Shown here in pieces: positions 17,792 to 27,351 of a stretch of 64,000 nt of DNA. The notes under the pieces were generated by a model. The model ran no database searches, had not been told where the DNA came from, and was given only the letters and a program-made list of their open reading frames with translations. The stretch covers positions 5,868 to 69,867 of the forward strand of contig JAFGXI010000010.1 in the NCBI GenBank assembly GCA_016936665.1, written 5' to 3'. Made by a program: the position numbers and the translations under genes. The number at the start of each line of letters is the position of its first letter. Within the stretch, counting starts at the first letter, position 1. This stretch comes from Bacteroidales bacterium. Its GTDB lineage: Bacteria; Bacteroidota; Bacteroidia; Bacteroidales; JAFGXI01.

Positions 17792-20700
17792 ATGAAAAGA
17801 TGGTTCCACATTCTAGGAATGGCAGTATTATTATTTGCTTGTCAGTCTACAGATGTTACAAAAATTGAAATAGACCCGGGATTTACCGATTACGTCAATG
17901 CGTTCACATCGGGAGTAATTTCCAGTCAATCCACAATAAAAGTGGTACTGGCAGAACCCGTTGCAAATGCAAAAAAAGGTGATCCTTTGAATGCAGACAT
18001 TTTTACTTTCGAACCCTCTATCGAAGGACATGCCAAGTGGGCAGATGCTCAAACCATCGAGTTTATCCCAGAAAAAACCTTACCTTCCGGTCAATCATAT
18101 TTGGCTCAGTTCAAGCTAAAAAACATTAAAACTGTACCCGAAAACTTCGAAGTACTTAAATTCGGATTTATTGTAATACGCCAAAATATAATTGTTAAAA
18201 TAACAGGCGTAAAAACCAATAACGACAAAGATTACAGTTTACAAACCATTTTCGGAACCGTTCGCACCAACGATCCTATTGCTATCGATGCGCTAGCCAA
18301 TTGCTTCGAAGCAAAGCAGAACGGAAAAGCTGTAAAAATTGATTGGTCTCAAGCCAACAATAGTAAAAGCTATCAGTTTAGTATTCGCGATGTAGCTCGT
18401 AGCAAATCAAAATCGAACTTAACTTTAAGTTGGAATGCCGAAAAAATTGGCGCCGACATCGAAGATGAAATCGAATATGAAATTACACCATTAAACGAAT
18501 TTAAATTATTGAATATAGAAACGAACCGCGAAAACGGCTTGTACATTTCCTTGCAATTTTCCGACCCCATCGATCGTTTGCAAAACCTCGACGGCTTAGT
18601 CACTTTAAACTCAGGGAAAAGCTTAAAACTCACTATCGATGGCAACGAAATAAAAGCATATCCTTTAAGCAAATTCAGTGGCGACGAAACTATAAACATT
18701 TTTAAAGGCATTAAAAACACGCTTGGCAAAGCCTTCGAAAACAACGAACAACATTTATTAGTTTTCAACATGGCTAAACCGGCTCTAGAACTAGTTGGCG
18801 ATGGAGTAATTATACCTAGCACAGGGGCTCTAAATTTTCCTTTTAAGGCCATCAACCTTAAAGCCGTTAATCTTAGAGTGCTTCAAATCTTCGATAATAA
18901 CATCCCTCAGTTTCTGCAAGCCAATCAACTTAACGGATCGTCTGATTTAAAACGTGTTGGACGAATTATTTACGATGGTGTGGTCGATTTAGTATCCGAA
19001 GATGCTATTGATTACGGCGTTTGGAATAGTTTCAGCTTAGATTTGAATCAATACATTAAATCCGAGCCGGGCGCTATTTATCGTATTATGATGTCTTTTG
19101 AGCAATATCAGTCGCTTTATCCTTGTGCCGACTCCGGAGAAGTTGTAAAACCAATGGAGAAACGAGATATAAGTTTCGACGATGGCCGAGATTATTTCGA
19201 CGACGAAAATTGGTTCGAGGGATGGTACGAATACGAAGATCGCGATGATCCATGTACGCCTTCATACTATCAATATTGGGGAAGATCTATTAGTGCTAAT
19301 CTTATAGCCAGCAATTTTGGAATTATTTGCAAGTCGAATGGTCAACAAAACTACAATTGCATTGTTACCGACCTCAGAAACGCCAATGCCATTAGAGGGG
19401 TAGAAGTTGAAGCTTATAATTATCAAAACCAATTAATCGGAACAGGAAAAACTAACGACGATGGTGTTGCATCTATCCAAACAAAAGGTAAACCATATCT
19501 AATTATTGCACGCGACGGACAACAAAAAGGATACCTACGAGTCGATGAAGGCTCTGCCCTTTCGCTTAGTTTGTACGAAGTTAACGGACAGCAAATAAAA
19601 GACGGCATCAAAGGATTTATTTATGGTGAACGAGGTGTATGGCGACCCGGCGACACCTTATTCCTTTCTTTCATCCTAGAAGATCCTGAACAAAAAATTC
19701 CAGAAAGCTATCCTGTTGTGATTGAATTTTACAATCCTCTTGGTCAACTGTATTCAAAAAAGGTCAATACTAAAGGTATTTCAGGCGTCTACAGTTTTAA
19801 AATGCACACCCCAAGCGATGCCCCCACCGGCAACTGGAATGCTAAAATAAAAGTGGGAAATGCTGTTTTCAATAAAACTTTAAAAGTAGAAACAGTTAAG
19901 CCAAATCGATTAAAAATGAAATTCGACTTTGGCGAACTAATTCAAGCCAACAGACCGATAGAAACTGATTTAAAAGCCGATTGGCTATATGGTGCTCCGG
20001 CATCGAATTTAAAAATCGTTTCTGAAATGACAGTTGAAAAAACTAAAACATCTTTTAAAGGTTTCGAAAACTATCAGTTCGACGATTATTCAAAATCTTT
20101 TTATTTCGATGAACCTATCGAAGTCGAAAGCCAAACCAATGCAGAAGGGAAAGCCCATTTATACTTTCCGTACAGCAGACCTCAAGATGCTCCGGGTATG
20201 TTGAAACTGAAATTTAACACTAAAGTTTTCGAACAGGGAGGCGAATATAGTCAAGATTTCTACTCGGTTAAATGCTCACCATATTTAACTTATGCAGGTA
20301 TGAAAATAGACCAAGGCCAAAATTGGTTAAATGCAGTAGATACAGACAAACCATTAGCCATTGCACTAGCATCGGTCGATCAAGTGGGTAAGGGACTTAG
20401 TAAAGAGCTTAAAATAGAGTTGTATAAAATGAATTGGAACTATTGGTGGGAAAGCGATTACGAATCCGACTATTCGAGATATATTAATCGATCTTCCGCA
20501 GAACTACTACAAACCGAATACGTCAATGTGCAAAACGGGAAAACCAATTACAACTTAAAATTCGCTCAACAAGGATGGGGAAGATATTTGTTAAGAGTTG
20601 TCGATCCCAGCTCAAATCATAGTGCCGCAATTGAATTCTACGGCAGCTACTCTAGTTGGTACGACGACGCAGGGCAAAACGCCGATGCAGCCACTGCTCT

Positions 20701-23296
20701 CAGTATAGAAACAGAGAAAGAATCGTACCAAGTAGGTGAAAAGATTGGACTCAAAATACCATCCGGCGGGCAAGGTAAAATATACATTAGCATAGAAAAA
20801 GGAGATAAAATTCTAAAACAAATGTGGATCGATGCCGCAGCAGGAAACACACATATAGAGATTGATGCCACTAAAGAAATGTCGCCTAATATATATGTTA
20901 GTGCTTTTTTAATTCAACCCCACGGGCAAACCGAAAACTCTATGCCTATAAGAATGTATGGTGTTATACCGGTATCTGTAAACGACGAGAACACAAAACT
21001 ATATCCGCAAATTCGATCGGCAGATGTATGGCAACCAGAAAAGACCTTTAAAGTGAACGTCAGCGAAAAAACAGGCAAGCCTATGGCTTATACTTTAGCC
21101 GTTGTCGACGAAGGATTGCTTTCGCTTACCCGATTTAAAACGCCAAACCCTTGTCCATGGTTTTATGCTAAAGAAGCGCTAGGTGTCCGTTCTTGGGATA
21201 TGTACAAATATGTTCTTAACGCCGATATCGGTAAAATGACGCCTCTTTTGGCTATCGGTGGTGACGAAGGATTAGTTTACAAAGAAGACGCAGAGGTTAA
21301 TCGCTTTCAGTCTGTTGTAAGCTACTTAGGTCCTTTTTACTTAGATGCCAACGAAAAAGCTGAGCATCAAATTAAAGTACCAAATTACGTTGGTGAATTA
21401 AGAATTATGGTCGTGGCTGCTAAAGATAAAGCTTATGGATCGGTCGATAAATCGGTAACTGTAAAACAAAATTTAATGGTGCTATCAACCCTTCCACGCG
21501 TTTTAGGACCATCCGAGCAAGTTAAAATTCCGGTGAACGTAATCGTAATGGATGAACGTTTGAAACAAGTTACAGTGACTATAAAAACAAACGACATGCT
21601 TAAAGCAAAAAGTAGCTTGAGCCAAACTGTAAATTTTTCTAAGCCAGGCGAACAAACCATTTTCTTCGATTTCGAAACGGCAAGAAAGCTAGGTAAAGCC
21701 ACTTTCGAAGTAAACGTCAAATCGGGCAAAGAAAAAGCCAACGAAAAAGTTGAGTTGGAAGTGCGTGCACCGAACCCCGAAATAGCAAAAGCAGAATCTA
21801 AACTATTGGTCTCGAACGAAAGCTGGACGAGCGAAATAAATCCGGTTGGAATTAAAGGTAGCAATCGTTATACAATCGAGATTTCTACTTTACCGGATTT
21901 GAATTTAGACGAGAATCTAGAATATCTTATTCAATATCCTCATGGTTGCATAGAACAAACCGTGTCGTCTGTTTTTCCTCAAATATTTTTAGAAGAACTC
22001 GTTGAACTTAATCCGGCACAAAAACAAAATATTCAAAAAAACGTGACTGCTGCCATCGAAAAGCTACGACAGTTTCAACTTAGCGATGGCTCATTTTCAT
22101 ATTGGCCGGGAAGAAACTATCCTTCGCTATGGGGAACTAATTATGCCGGTCATTTTTTAATTGAAGCTAAAAATCGTTCTTACAAAGTTCCGGAAGAGAT
22201 GTTCGAAAATTGGTTAAAATATCAGAAAAAATCGGCTAATCGTTGGCAACGAAGCAGTTATAACGAGTGGGGCGAATTTGGAAGCGACTTAGAACAATCG
22301 TACCGTTTATATACCCTTGCATTGGCCGGCAATGCCGACATGAGTGCTATGAATCGCCTAAGAAAAGACCCATTATTAAGTTCGGTTGGCGCATGGCGAT
22401 TGTCGACCTCTTATGCTATTTCAGGTAAAAAAGATATTGCCGATGAACTCGCAAAAACCTCAATAGATTATTCCGATCGTTCGATGTACAGATACACCTA
22501 TGGCTCCGATTTAAGAAATATGGCCATGAATCTTGAAAGCATGGCTTATCTTGGGCAAATCGACAGAGGAATGGAATTGTTGAAAGACATCGCTGCCCGA
22601 CTTTCGAAGGGTTGGCACAGTACTCAAACTAGAGCCTATAGTTTAATAGCCATTAGTAAATTTATTAATAAAGCCAACTTTGTTGGTGAAATCTCAGCCA
22701 ACTTGAAATATTCCGGAAAATCTGTTAATATTCAAACCAAACAAAGCATTTGGAGAATTGAGATAGAAGAAGCAAACCTAGAACAATTATCGTTCGAATT
22801 GAAAAACTTAAACGCTCAAAATCTTTATGCGAAAGTCTATGCATATGGTATTCCTGTAGAATACAACCTTGCCGATGAGCAACAAAACTTAAATATGTTT
22901 ATTAAATATTACAACTTACAAGGAGAACGCCTAGATATTACTCAATTGAAACAAGGCACCGACTTTAAAGCAGTTGTAAGCGTTAGTCATCCGGGAATAA
23001 GAGATCAATACTCAAATATTGCTTTAAGTCAAATATTCCCATCGGGTTGGCAAATTGTTAACACGCGTGTTGGAGATGAAGACAGCGGTAATTCTAATTT
23101 CGATTATCAGGATATTAGAGACGATCGTGTTTACACATATTTCAACTTAAATAAATCGGAAACAAAAACGTTCGAAATATTACTAAACGCAAGTTATATT
23201 GGCAAATATTACCAACCTGCCGTAAGTTGTTCTGCCATGTACGACGAAACGATTAAAGCCATAGTTCCGGGGCAATGGGTTGAAGTTTTAAAATAA
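17792..23296 (+). CDS. Alpha-2-macroglobulin family lipoprotein (bacterial A2M, thioester type)
   Basis: 1834 aa. Lipobox LLFAC, repeated MG-like domains, and the thioester motif GCIEQT (CIEQ at 21947-21958). Confidence 0.9.
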   Translation: MKRWFHILGMAVLLFACQSTDVTKIEIDPGFTDYVNAFTSGVISSQSTIKVVLAEPVANAKKGDPLNADIFTFEPSIEGHAKWADAQTIEFIPEKTLPSGQSYLAQFKLKNIKTVPENFEVLKFGFIVIRQNIIVKITGVKTNNDKDYSLQTIFGTVRTNDPIAIDALANCFEAKQNGKAVKIDWSQANNSKSYQFSIRDVARSKSKSNLTLSWNAEKIGADIEDEIEYEITPLNEFKLLNIETNRENGLYISLQFSDPIDRLQNLDGLVTLNSGKSLKLTIDGNEIKAYPLSKFSGDETINIFKGIKNTLGKAFENNEQHLLVFNMAKPALELVGDGVIIPSTGALNFPFKAINLKAVNLRVLQIFDNNIPQFLQANQLNGSSDLKRVGRIIYDGVVDLVSEDAIDYGVWNSFSLDLNQYIKSEPGAIYRIMMSFEQYQSLYPCADSGEVVKPMEKRDISFDDGRDYFDDENWFEGWYEYEDRDDPCTPSYYQYWGRSISANLIASNFGIICKSNGQQNYNCIVTDLRNANAIRGVEVEAYNYQNQLIGTGKTNDDGVASIQTKGKPYLIIARDGQQKGYLRVDEGSALSLSLYEVNGQQIKDGIKGFIYGERGVWRPGDTLFLSFILEDPEQKIPESYPVVIEFYNPLGQLYSKKVNTKGISGVYSFKMHTPSDAPTGNWNAKIKVGNAVFNKTLKVETVKPNRLKMKFDFGELIQANRPIETDLKADWLYGAPASNLKIVSEMTVEKTKTSFKGFENYQFDDYSKSFYFDEPIEVESQTNAEGKAHLYFPYSRPQDAPGMLKLKFNTKVFEQGGEYSQDFYSVKCSPYLTYAGMKIDQGQNWLNAVDTDKPLAIALASVDQVGKGLSKELKIELYKMNWNYWWESDYESDYSRYINRSSAELLQTEYVNVQNGKTNYNLKFAQQGWGRYLLRVVDPSSNHSAAIEFYGSYSSWYDDAGQNADAATALSIETEKESYQVGEKIGLKIPSGGQGKIYISIEKGDKILKQMWIDAAAGNTHIEIDATKEMSPNIYVSAFLIQPHGQTENSMPIRMYGVIPVSVNDENTKLYPQIRSADVWQPEKTFKVNVSEKTGKPMAYTLAVVDEGLLSLTRFKTPNPCPWFYAKEALGVRSWDMYKYVLNADIGKMTPLLAIGGDEGLVYKEDAEVNRFQSVVSYLGPFYLDANEKAEHQIKVPNYVGELRIMVVAAKDKAYGSVDKSVTVKQNLMVLSTLPRVLGPSEQVKIPVNVIVMDERLKQVTVTIKTNDMLKAKSSLSQTVNFSKPGEQTIFFDFETARKLGKATFEVNVKSGKEKANEKVELEVRAPNPEIAKAESKLLVSNESWTSEINPVGIKGSNRYTIEISTLPDLNLDENLEYLIQYPHGCIEQTVSSVFPQIFLEELVELNPAQKQNIQKNVTAAIEKLRQFQLSDGSFSYWPGRNYPSLWGTNYAGHFLIEAKNRSYKVPEEMFENWLKYQKKSANRWQRSSYNEWGEFGSDLEQSYRLYTLALAGNADMSAMNRLRKDPLLSSVGAWRLSTSYAISGKKDIADELAKTSIDYSDRSMYRYTYGSDLRNMAMNLESMAYLGQIDRGMELLKDIAARLSKGWHSTQTRAYSLIAISKFINKANFVGEISANLKYSGKSVNIQTKQSIWRIEIEEANLEQLSFELKNLNAQNLYAKVYAYGIPVEYNLADEQQNLNMFIKYYNLQGERLDITQLKQGTDFKAVVSVSHPGIRDQYSNIALSQIFPSGWQIVNTRVGDEDSGNSNFDYQDIRDDRVYTYFNLNKSETKTFEILLNASYIGKYYQPAVSCSAMYDETIKAIVPGQWVEVLK

Positions 23297-23297
23297 G

Positions 23298-25601
23298 GTG
23301 AAACATCTTTTTAGAAAGATAGACACTTGGGTTTTATTGGGTCTTGTGGTAATGTTCATGTACTGGGCATTTCCTTCAAGGCTCTTCGACGAGCCGTTTT
23401 CTACTATTCTGAACGATAGGAATGGTAATTTAATTTCTGCACAAATTGCCGACGATGGTCAATGGCGATTCCCAATGGTAGAGCAAATTCCGAAAGAACT
23501 GGAAACAGCTACACTTATGTATGAAGATGAATATTTTAGATTTCATCTTGGTCTAAATCCTGTTTCTGTGTTTCGAGCAATAATTCAAAATTTTAAACAT
23601 CAAAAAATCACAAGTGGTGGTAGTACCATTAGCATGCAAGTAATTCGTCTATCCAGAAAGAAAAAGGCGAGAACTTACCTAGAAAAACTCATCGAAATGT
23701 ATTTAGCGTTTCGCATGGAATGGAGCTTCAGCAAAGATGACATTCTTAAATTATACTTATCGCATGCGCCCTATGGTGGCAATGTAGTTGGAGCAGAAAC
23801 CGCTGCTTGGCGATATTTCAATCGGCCTTTAAACCAATTGTCTTGGGCAGAGTATAGTATGCTTGCTGTATTGCCCAATGCTCCTTCGTTAATTCACATC
23901 AACAAAAACAGACCTTGGCTAAAAATTAAAAGAGATCGACTTTTAAAAAAATTACTCGAAAAAGATAAAATTGATTCGAATACATATTTATTGGCCATAG
24001 AGGAACCTATTCCCGACCGTCCATCTGCACTCCCAAATCAGACTTATCATTTATTAGAATTTGCTAAAAAAAATGGTTACGCCGAACAAAGAATACAGAC
24101 GACCATCGACATTCGATTGCAAAATCAATTGATGGCCATGGCTAATCAGTACATGGAAGCACTAGCAGGTAACCAAATAAGAAATGCATGCATATTGGTA
24201 GAAGATATTAGTCGAGGGGAAATACTTTGTTACATTGGCAATACACAAAACAAAAATAATCTAGCACCATATGTCGATTTAATTCAATCTGAAAGGAGTT
24301 CAGGTAGTATTTTAAAACCATTTCTATATGGCTTATCGTTCGAAGAAGGTTTAATTTACCCACCGACATTATTGGAAGATATCCCGATATCGTTTGGTGG
24401 ATTTACTCCTTTAAACTTTAATCAACGCTATTTGGGAGTTGTACCAGCAAAGCAAGCATTAGCTCAATCTTTAAACATACCGGCGGTTAATTTGCTTAAG
24501 AATTACGGCATTATCCCTTTTTACGATAGACTCAAATCACTAGGAATAAGTAGCTTGCATCGGCCAGTTGGCAACTACGGATTAAGTTTAATACTTGGTG
24601 GAGCGGAGGTAAAACTTTGGGATTTAGCCTCCATATATACTAAACAAGCTCAAGTATTGAATACTGCAACTAACGAAAGAGCACCGAGAGGAATACGTCT
24701 ATTTAATAAAATTTGTATAGATAGTACATTTTCCGATAGTATATCGGCTGGTGCATGGTGGTTGACCAGCCAAGCATTAACACAGGTGCAACGACCCGGT
24801 TTAGAAGAAGATTGGAAACGATTCTCATCATCAAAAAAAATTGCATGGAAAACAGGTACTAGTCAAGGTTTTCGCGATGCGTGGGCTATAGGCTATACTG
24901 CAAATTATTTGGTAGCAGTATGGGTTGGCAATGCCGAAGGCGACGGAAGACCAGGATTAACAGGCGTTTCTGCGGCCGCTCCTCTGATGTTTAAGTGCTT
25001 CCAACTATTGCCTCAAACGCATTGGTTCGAAAAACCGGAAGCTCAGTTAAAGTCTATAGAGCTCTGCTCCGAATCTGGGCGTTTACCACAAATCTATTGC
25101 CCAAAGAAAACAATAGAAGTACCTATAAACAGTCGTATGAACACGAGTTGTCAATATCACGAAAAAATATTAATTAACCCAAAAGGAGAACAAGTTTTTC
25201 GCCACTGTAGCGATGAGGCAAATAAAGATACTGTTTGGTTTAAACTCCCTCCCATTCCTGCATATTACTACAAGCAAATTAAACCGGACTTCATTAATCA
25301 TTTACCCGTTTCAAAAGCGTGCATTACCGAACATAAAAATGAGATGGCAATTATTTATCCTCAGCAAGGCGCTAAAATTCAGTTAGCCAAAGGATTCGAT
25401 GGTAAAATAAAACCGATGGTCTTAGAAGCAACGCACAATAATAATCGAGCAAAAATGTATTGGCATTTAGACGAGCACTACTTGGGAATGAGCGAGTCGC
25501 AACACAGAATAACAATACTGATAAATGCCGGGCATCATCGATTAAATCTAGTAGACGAACAAGGGCATCAAGTACAAGTAAGCTTCGATGTTTACGAATA
25601 A
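23298..25601 (+). CDS. pbpC: Penicillin-binding protein 1C (bifunctional transglycosylase/transpeptidase family)
   Basis: GT51 motifs EDEYFRFHLGLNP and GGSTISMQV, a transpeptidase SxxK region (SSGSILKP), and a KTGTS motif. The GTG start lies 2 nt after the A2M stop. Confidence 0.9.
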   Translation: MKHLFRKIDTWVLLGLVVMFMYWAFPSRLFDEPFSTILNDRNGNLISAQIADDGQWRFPMVEQIPKELETATLMYEDEYFRFHLGLNPVSVFRAIIQNFKHQKITSGGSTISMQVIRLSRKKKARTYLEKLIEMYLAFRMEWSFSKDDILKLYLSHAPYGGNVVGAETAAWRYFNRPLNQLSWAEYSMLAVLPNAPSLIHINKNRPWLKIKRDRLLKKLLEKDKIDSNTYLLAIEEPIPDRPSALPNQTYHLLEFAKKNGYAEQRIQTTIDIRLQNQLMAMANQYMEALAGNQIRNACILVEDISRGEILCYIGNTQNKNNLAPYVDLIQSERSSGSILKPFLYGLSFEEGLIYPPTLLEDIPISFGGFTPLNFNQRYLGVVPAKQALAQSLNIPAVNLLKNYGIIPFYDRLKSLGISSLHRPVGNYGLSLILGGAEVKLWDLASIYTKQAQVLNTATNERAPRGIRLFNKICIDSTFSDSISAGAWWLTSQALTQVQRPGLEEDWKRFSSSKKIAWKTGTSQGFRDAWAIGYTANYLVAVWVGNAEGDGRPGLTGVSAAAPLMFKCFQLLPQTHWFEKPEAQLKSIELCSESGRLPQIYCPKKTIEVPINSRMNTSCQYHEKILINPKGEQVFRHCSDEANKDTVWFKLPPIPAYYYKQIKPDFINHLPVSKACITEHKNEMAIIYPQQGAKIQLAKGFDGKIKPMVLEATHNNNRAKMYWHLDEHYLGMSESQHRITILINAGHHRLNLVDEQGHQVQVSFDVYE

Positions 25602-25602
25602 A

Positions 25603-26280
25603 CTAAGGTTTCTCTTTCATTCGAGCATTTTCAAAATCTATATTTTTGCCTTTTGTACCACGCCATCGCTCCATAAAAGACTCTCTTTCAGTTAGACTTG
25701 TAAAATTTTGTACAAAGGTTCCTGAAGTATCAATCTTAGGATCTCCTACATTCAAAACCTCAATTGTATCGATAATAGCAGGGATATAGTCAATATGAAT
25801 ATCGTGCTTTTCGTAAAACTTCATCATCCATTTCGACTGCCAAGGATCGGTGGCTAATGCAATCTTTTTAAAACCTTTAGACAGTGCCAAATAATACGAT
25901 AAAAAAACATTTTCTGTGGTATGCTCTGCGCGTTCTTCAGTATAAATAACCGAATCGGGAACCCCTAAAGCAAGGGCATAAGCCTTCATTATTTTACTTT
26001 CGACATACGGAGTATAAACAGCACTGCCCGAAAAAATAATGTTTTTTGTAATGTTTTGTTTGTACAAATGCGTTGCCCAAACCACTCTCAACTTAACGAT
26101 TTTATCCCATTGTACACCATCGAACGGATAACCGGGAACAATAATCGCATCGAACGGAGCTTGTTTAATCTCTTTTGCATATTGCTTTTTCGATCCTCTA
26201 TCGGCCCACTGACCAAAACAAGAGCTCATTAAAAAAACGGCAACAATACTTATAATGCTTACTTGTAATACTCTTTTCAT
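25603..26280 (-). CDS. DUF218 (YdcF/ElyC/SanA family) protein, probable lipoprotein
   Basis: DUF218 pattern: IIVPGYPFDG ... FSGSAVYTPYVESKIMKAYALALGVP ... EERAEHTTENV. The ATG at 26278-26280 gives a lipoprotein signal (MKRVLQVSIISIVAVFLMSSC) and is preferred over the TTG at 26322. Confidence 0.75.
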   Translation of the reverse strand: MKRVLQVSIISIVAVFLMSSCFGQWADRGSKKQYAKEIKQAPFDAIIVPGYPFDGVQWDKIVKLRVVWATHLYKQNITKNIIFSGSAVYTPYVESKIMKAYALALGVPDSVIYTEERAEHTTENVFLSYYLALSKGFKKIALATDPWQSKWMMKFYEKHDIHIDYIPAIIDTIEVLNVGDPKIDTSGTFVQNFTSLTERESFMERWRGTKGKNIDFENARMKEKP

Positions 26281-26462
26281 AAAAGCAATGATACTAATAA
26301 TATATTTGTCGACCATAGCCAAGTTTTAAAATTATCTCTGTTCTTGATGTTTTTTAGTATTTTAGCCAAACATAAACCTAAACAGTACAAATTTTATTTA
26401 ATCAACTGTTTAAAGCTTAGGTTTTTTAATGATTTATTCTTTCAATTTGATTTTTTAAATAC

Positions 26463-27350
26463 GTGAGTAAAACCTTTCAAACCTTTAACTATCAATCAAT
26501 CGACCGTTATCGATGGGATGCTTTGGTCGAAGCGTATGCTCATGGTTTACCCTATGCAAAAAGTTGGTATCTGGATGCCGTTTGCGAGGAATGGAGTGTA
26601 ATAGTCGACGTGGACTATACTTGTGGGCTCGCTTTTCAAATTAAAAAAAAATGGGGTTTAAAATATTCGCTACAAGCCTTTCTTACCCAACAATTGGGCT
26701 ATATTAATGCTACGGAAGAAGATATAATTAATATTGATGCAGAATTAGCCAAACAAGTCTTTTATAAATTACATTACCATAATTTTTTCAATCCGGTTAA
26801 CCTAAATAATCTTCGAGTTAACTGCATTTTAGATACCAACAAACCATACAAGGAATTATACCAAAGCTACAATCAAAACACAAAAAGAAATCTTAAAAAA
26901 GCCGAACAGAATAATCTAAAAATTATTACAAAAGAAATTTGGGATACAACTCAAACCGATTGGCTTTTAAAACAGAGTAAAATTGTATGGAACAAGCAAA
27001 GGGAACAACATTTTATAAAATTGATGGATAATGCACATAAGCATAATGCATTAATGGTTCAATCGGCTTGGAAAAACGACTCTTTATTGGCTATGGTGGT
27101 TTGGATTAAGCAAAGCGGGCGAATGCTCTATCTAATTGCAGCATCGAATAGCGAAGGCAACGAACTGAGGGCTAACTTTTTATTGGTAGATCAAACCATA
27201 AAACAAACAGAAAATCAAAACATTACCATCGATTTCGAAGGATCGAACATTGAGGGAGTCAAACGTTTTTACAAAGGGTTTGGGGCCAAAGAGCAGAACT
27301 ACAGCAGTCAATCAAAAACCTATGTATCAAACTTTTTTAGAAAATTTTAA
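26463..27350 (+). CDS. FemAB/GNAT-like acyltransferase-fold protein (tentative)
   Basis: 295 aa with a GTG start. The TKRNLKKAEQNNL and EGVKRFYKGFGA patterns resemble FemAB / acetyltransf_6 proteins. This is only a by-eye resemblance. Confidence 0.4.
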   Translation: MSKTFQTFNYQSIDRYRWDALVEAYAHGLPYAKSWYLDAVCEEWSVIVDVDYTCGLAFQIKKKWGLKYSLQAFLTQQLGYINATEEDIINIDAELAKQVFYKLHYHNFFNPVNLNNLRVNCILDTNKPYKELYQSYNQNTKRNLKKAEQNNLKIITKEIWDTTQTDWLLKQSKIVWNKQREQHFIKLMDNAHKHNALMVQSAWKNDSLLAMVVWIKQSGRMLYLIAASNSEGNELRANFLLVDQTIKQTENQNITIDFEGSNIEGVKRFYKGFGAKEQNYSSQSKTYVSNFFRKF

Positions 27351-27351
27351 A

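Noticed and set aside
26374-26427. Terminator-like hairpin with a T-run (AAACCTAAACAGT...ACTGT..TTAGGTTTTTT) in the divergent region between the DUF218 gene and the FemAB-like gene. It could mark a small RNA or an attenuator.
   Set aside because: The stems are AT-rich and interrupted by an asymmetric 7-nt bulge, and no upstream plus-strand transcription unit is evident. The evidence is too weak to call.
27250-27351. N-terminal extensions in the ORF track, several of them starting at TTG or GTG. They affect the S9 peptidase, DUF5686 (32737), era (35285), bioB (5088), the SDR (6220), DUF218 (26322), the GldB-like gene (40939), the TonB receptor (46432), argR (6611) and the NuoH-like gene (56616).
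   Set aside because: In each case an internal ATG gives a proper signal peptide or a family-typical N-terminus. Several of the extensions also overlap an upstream gene or a terminator hairpin, so the shorter starts were used.
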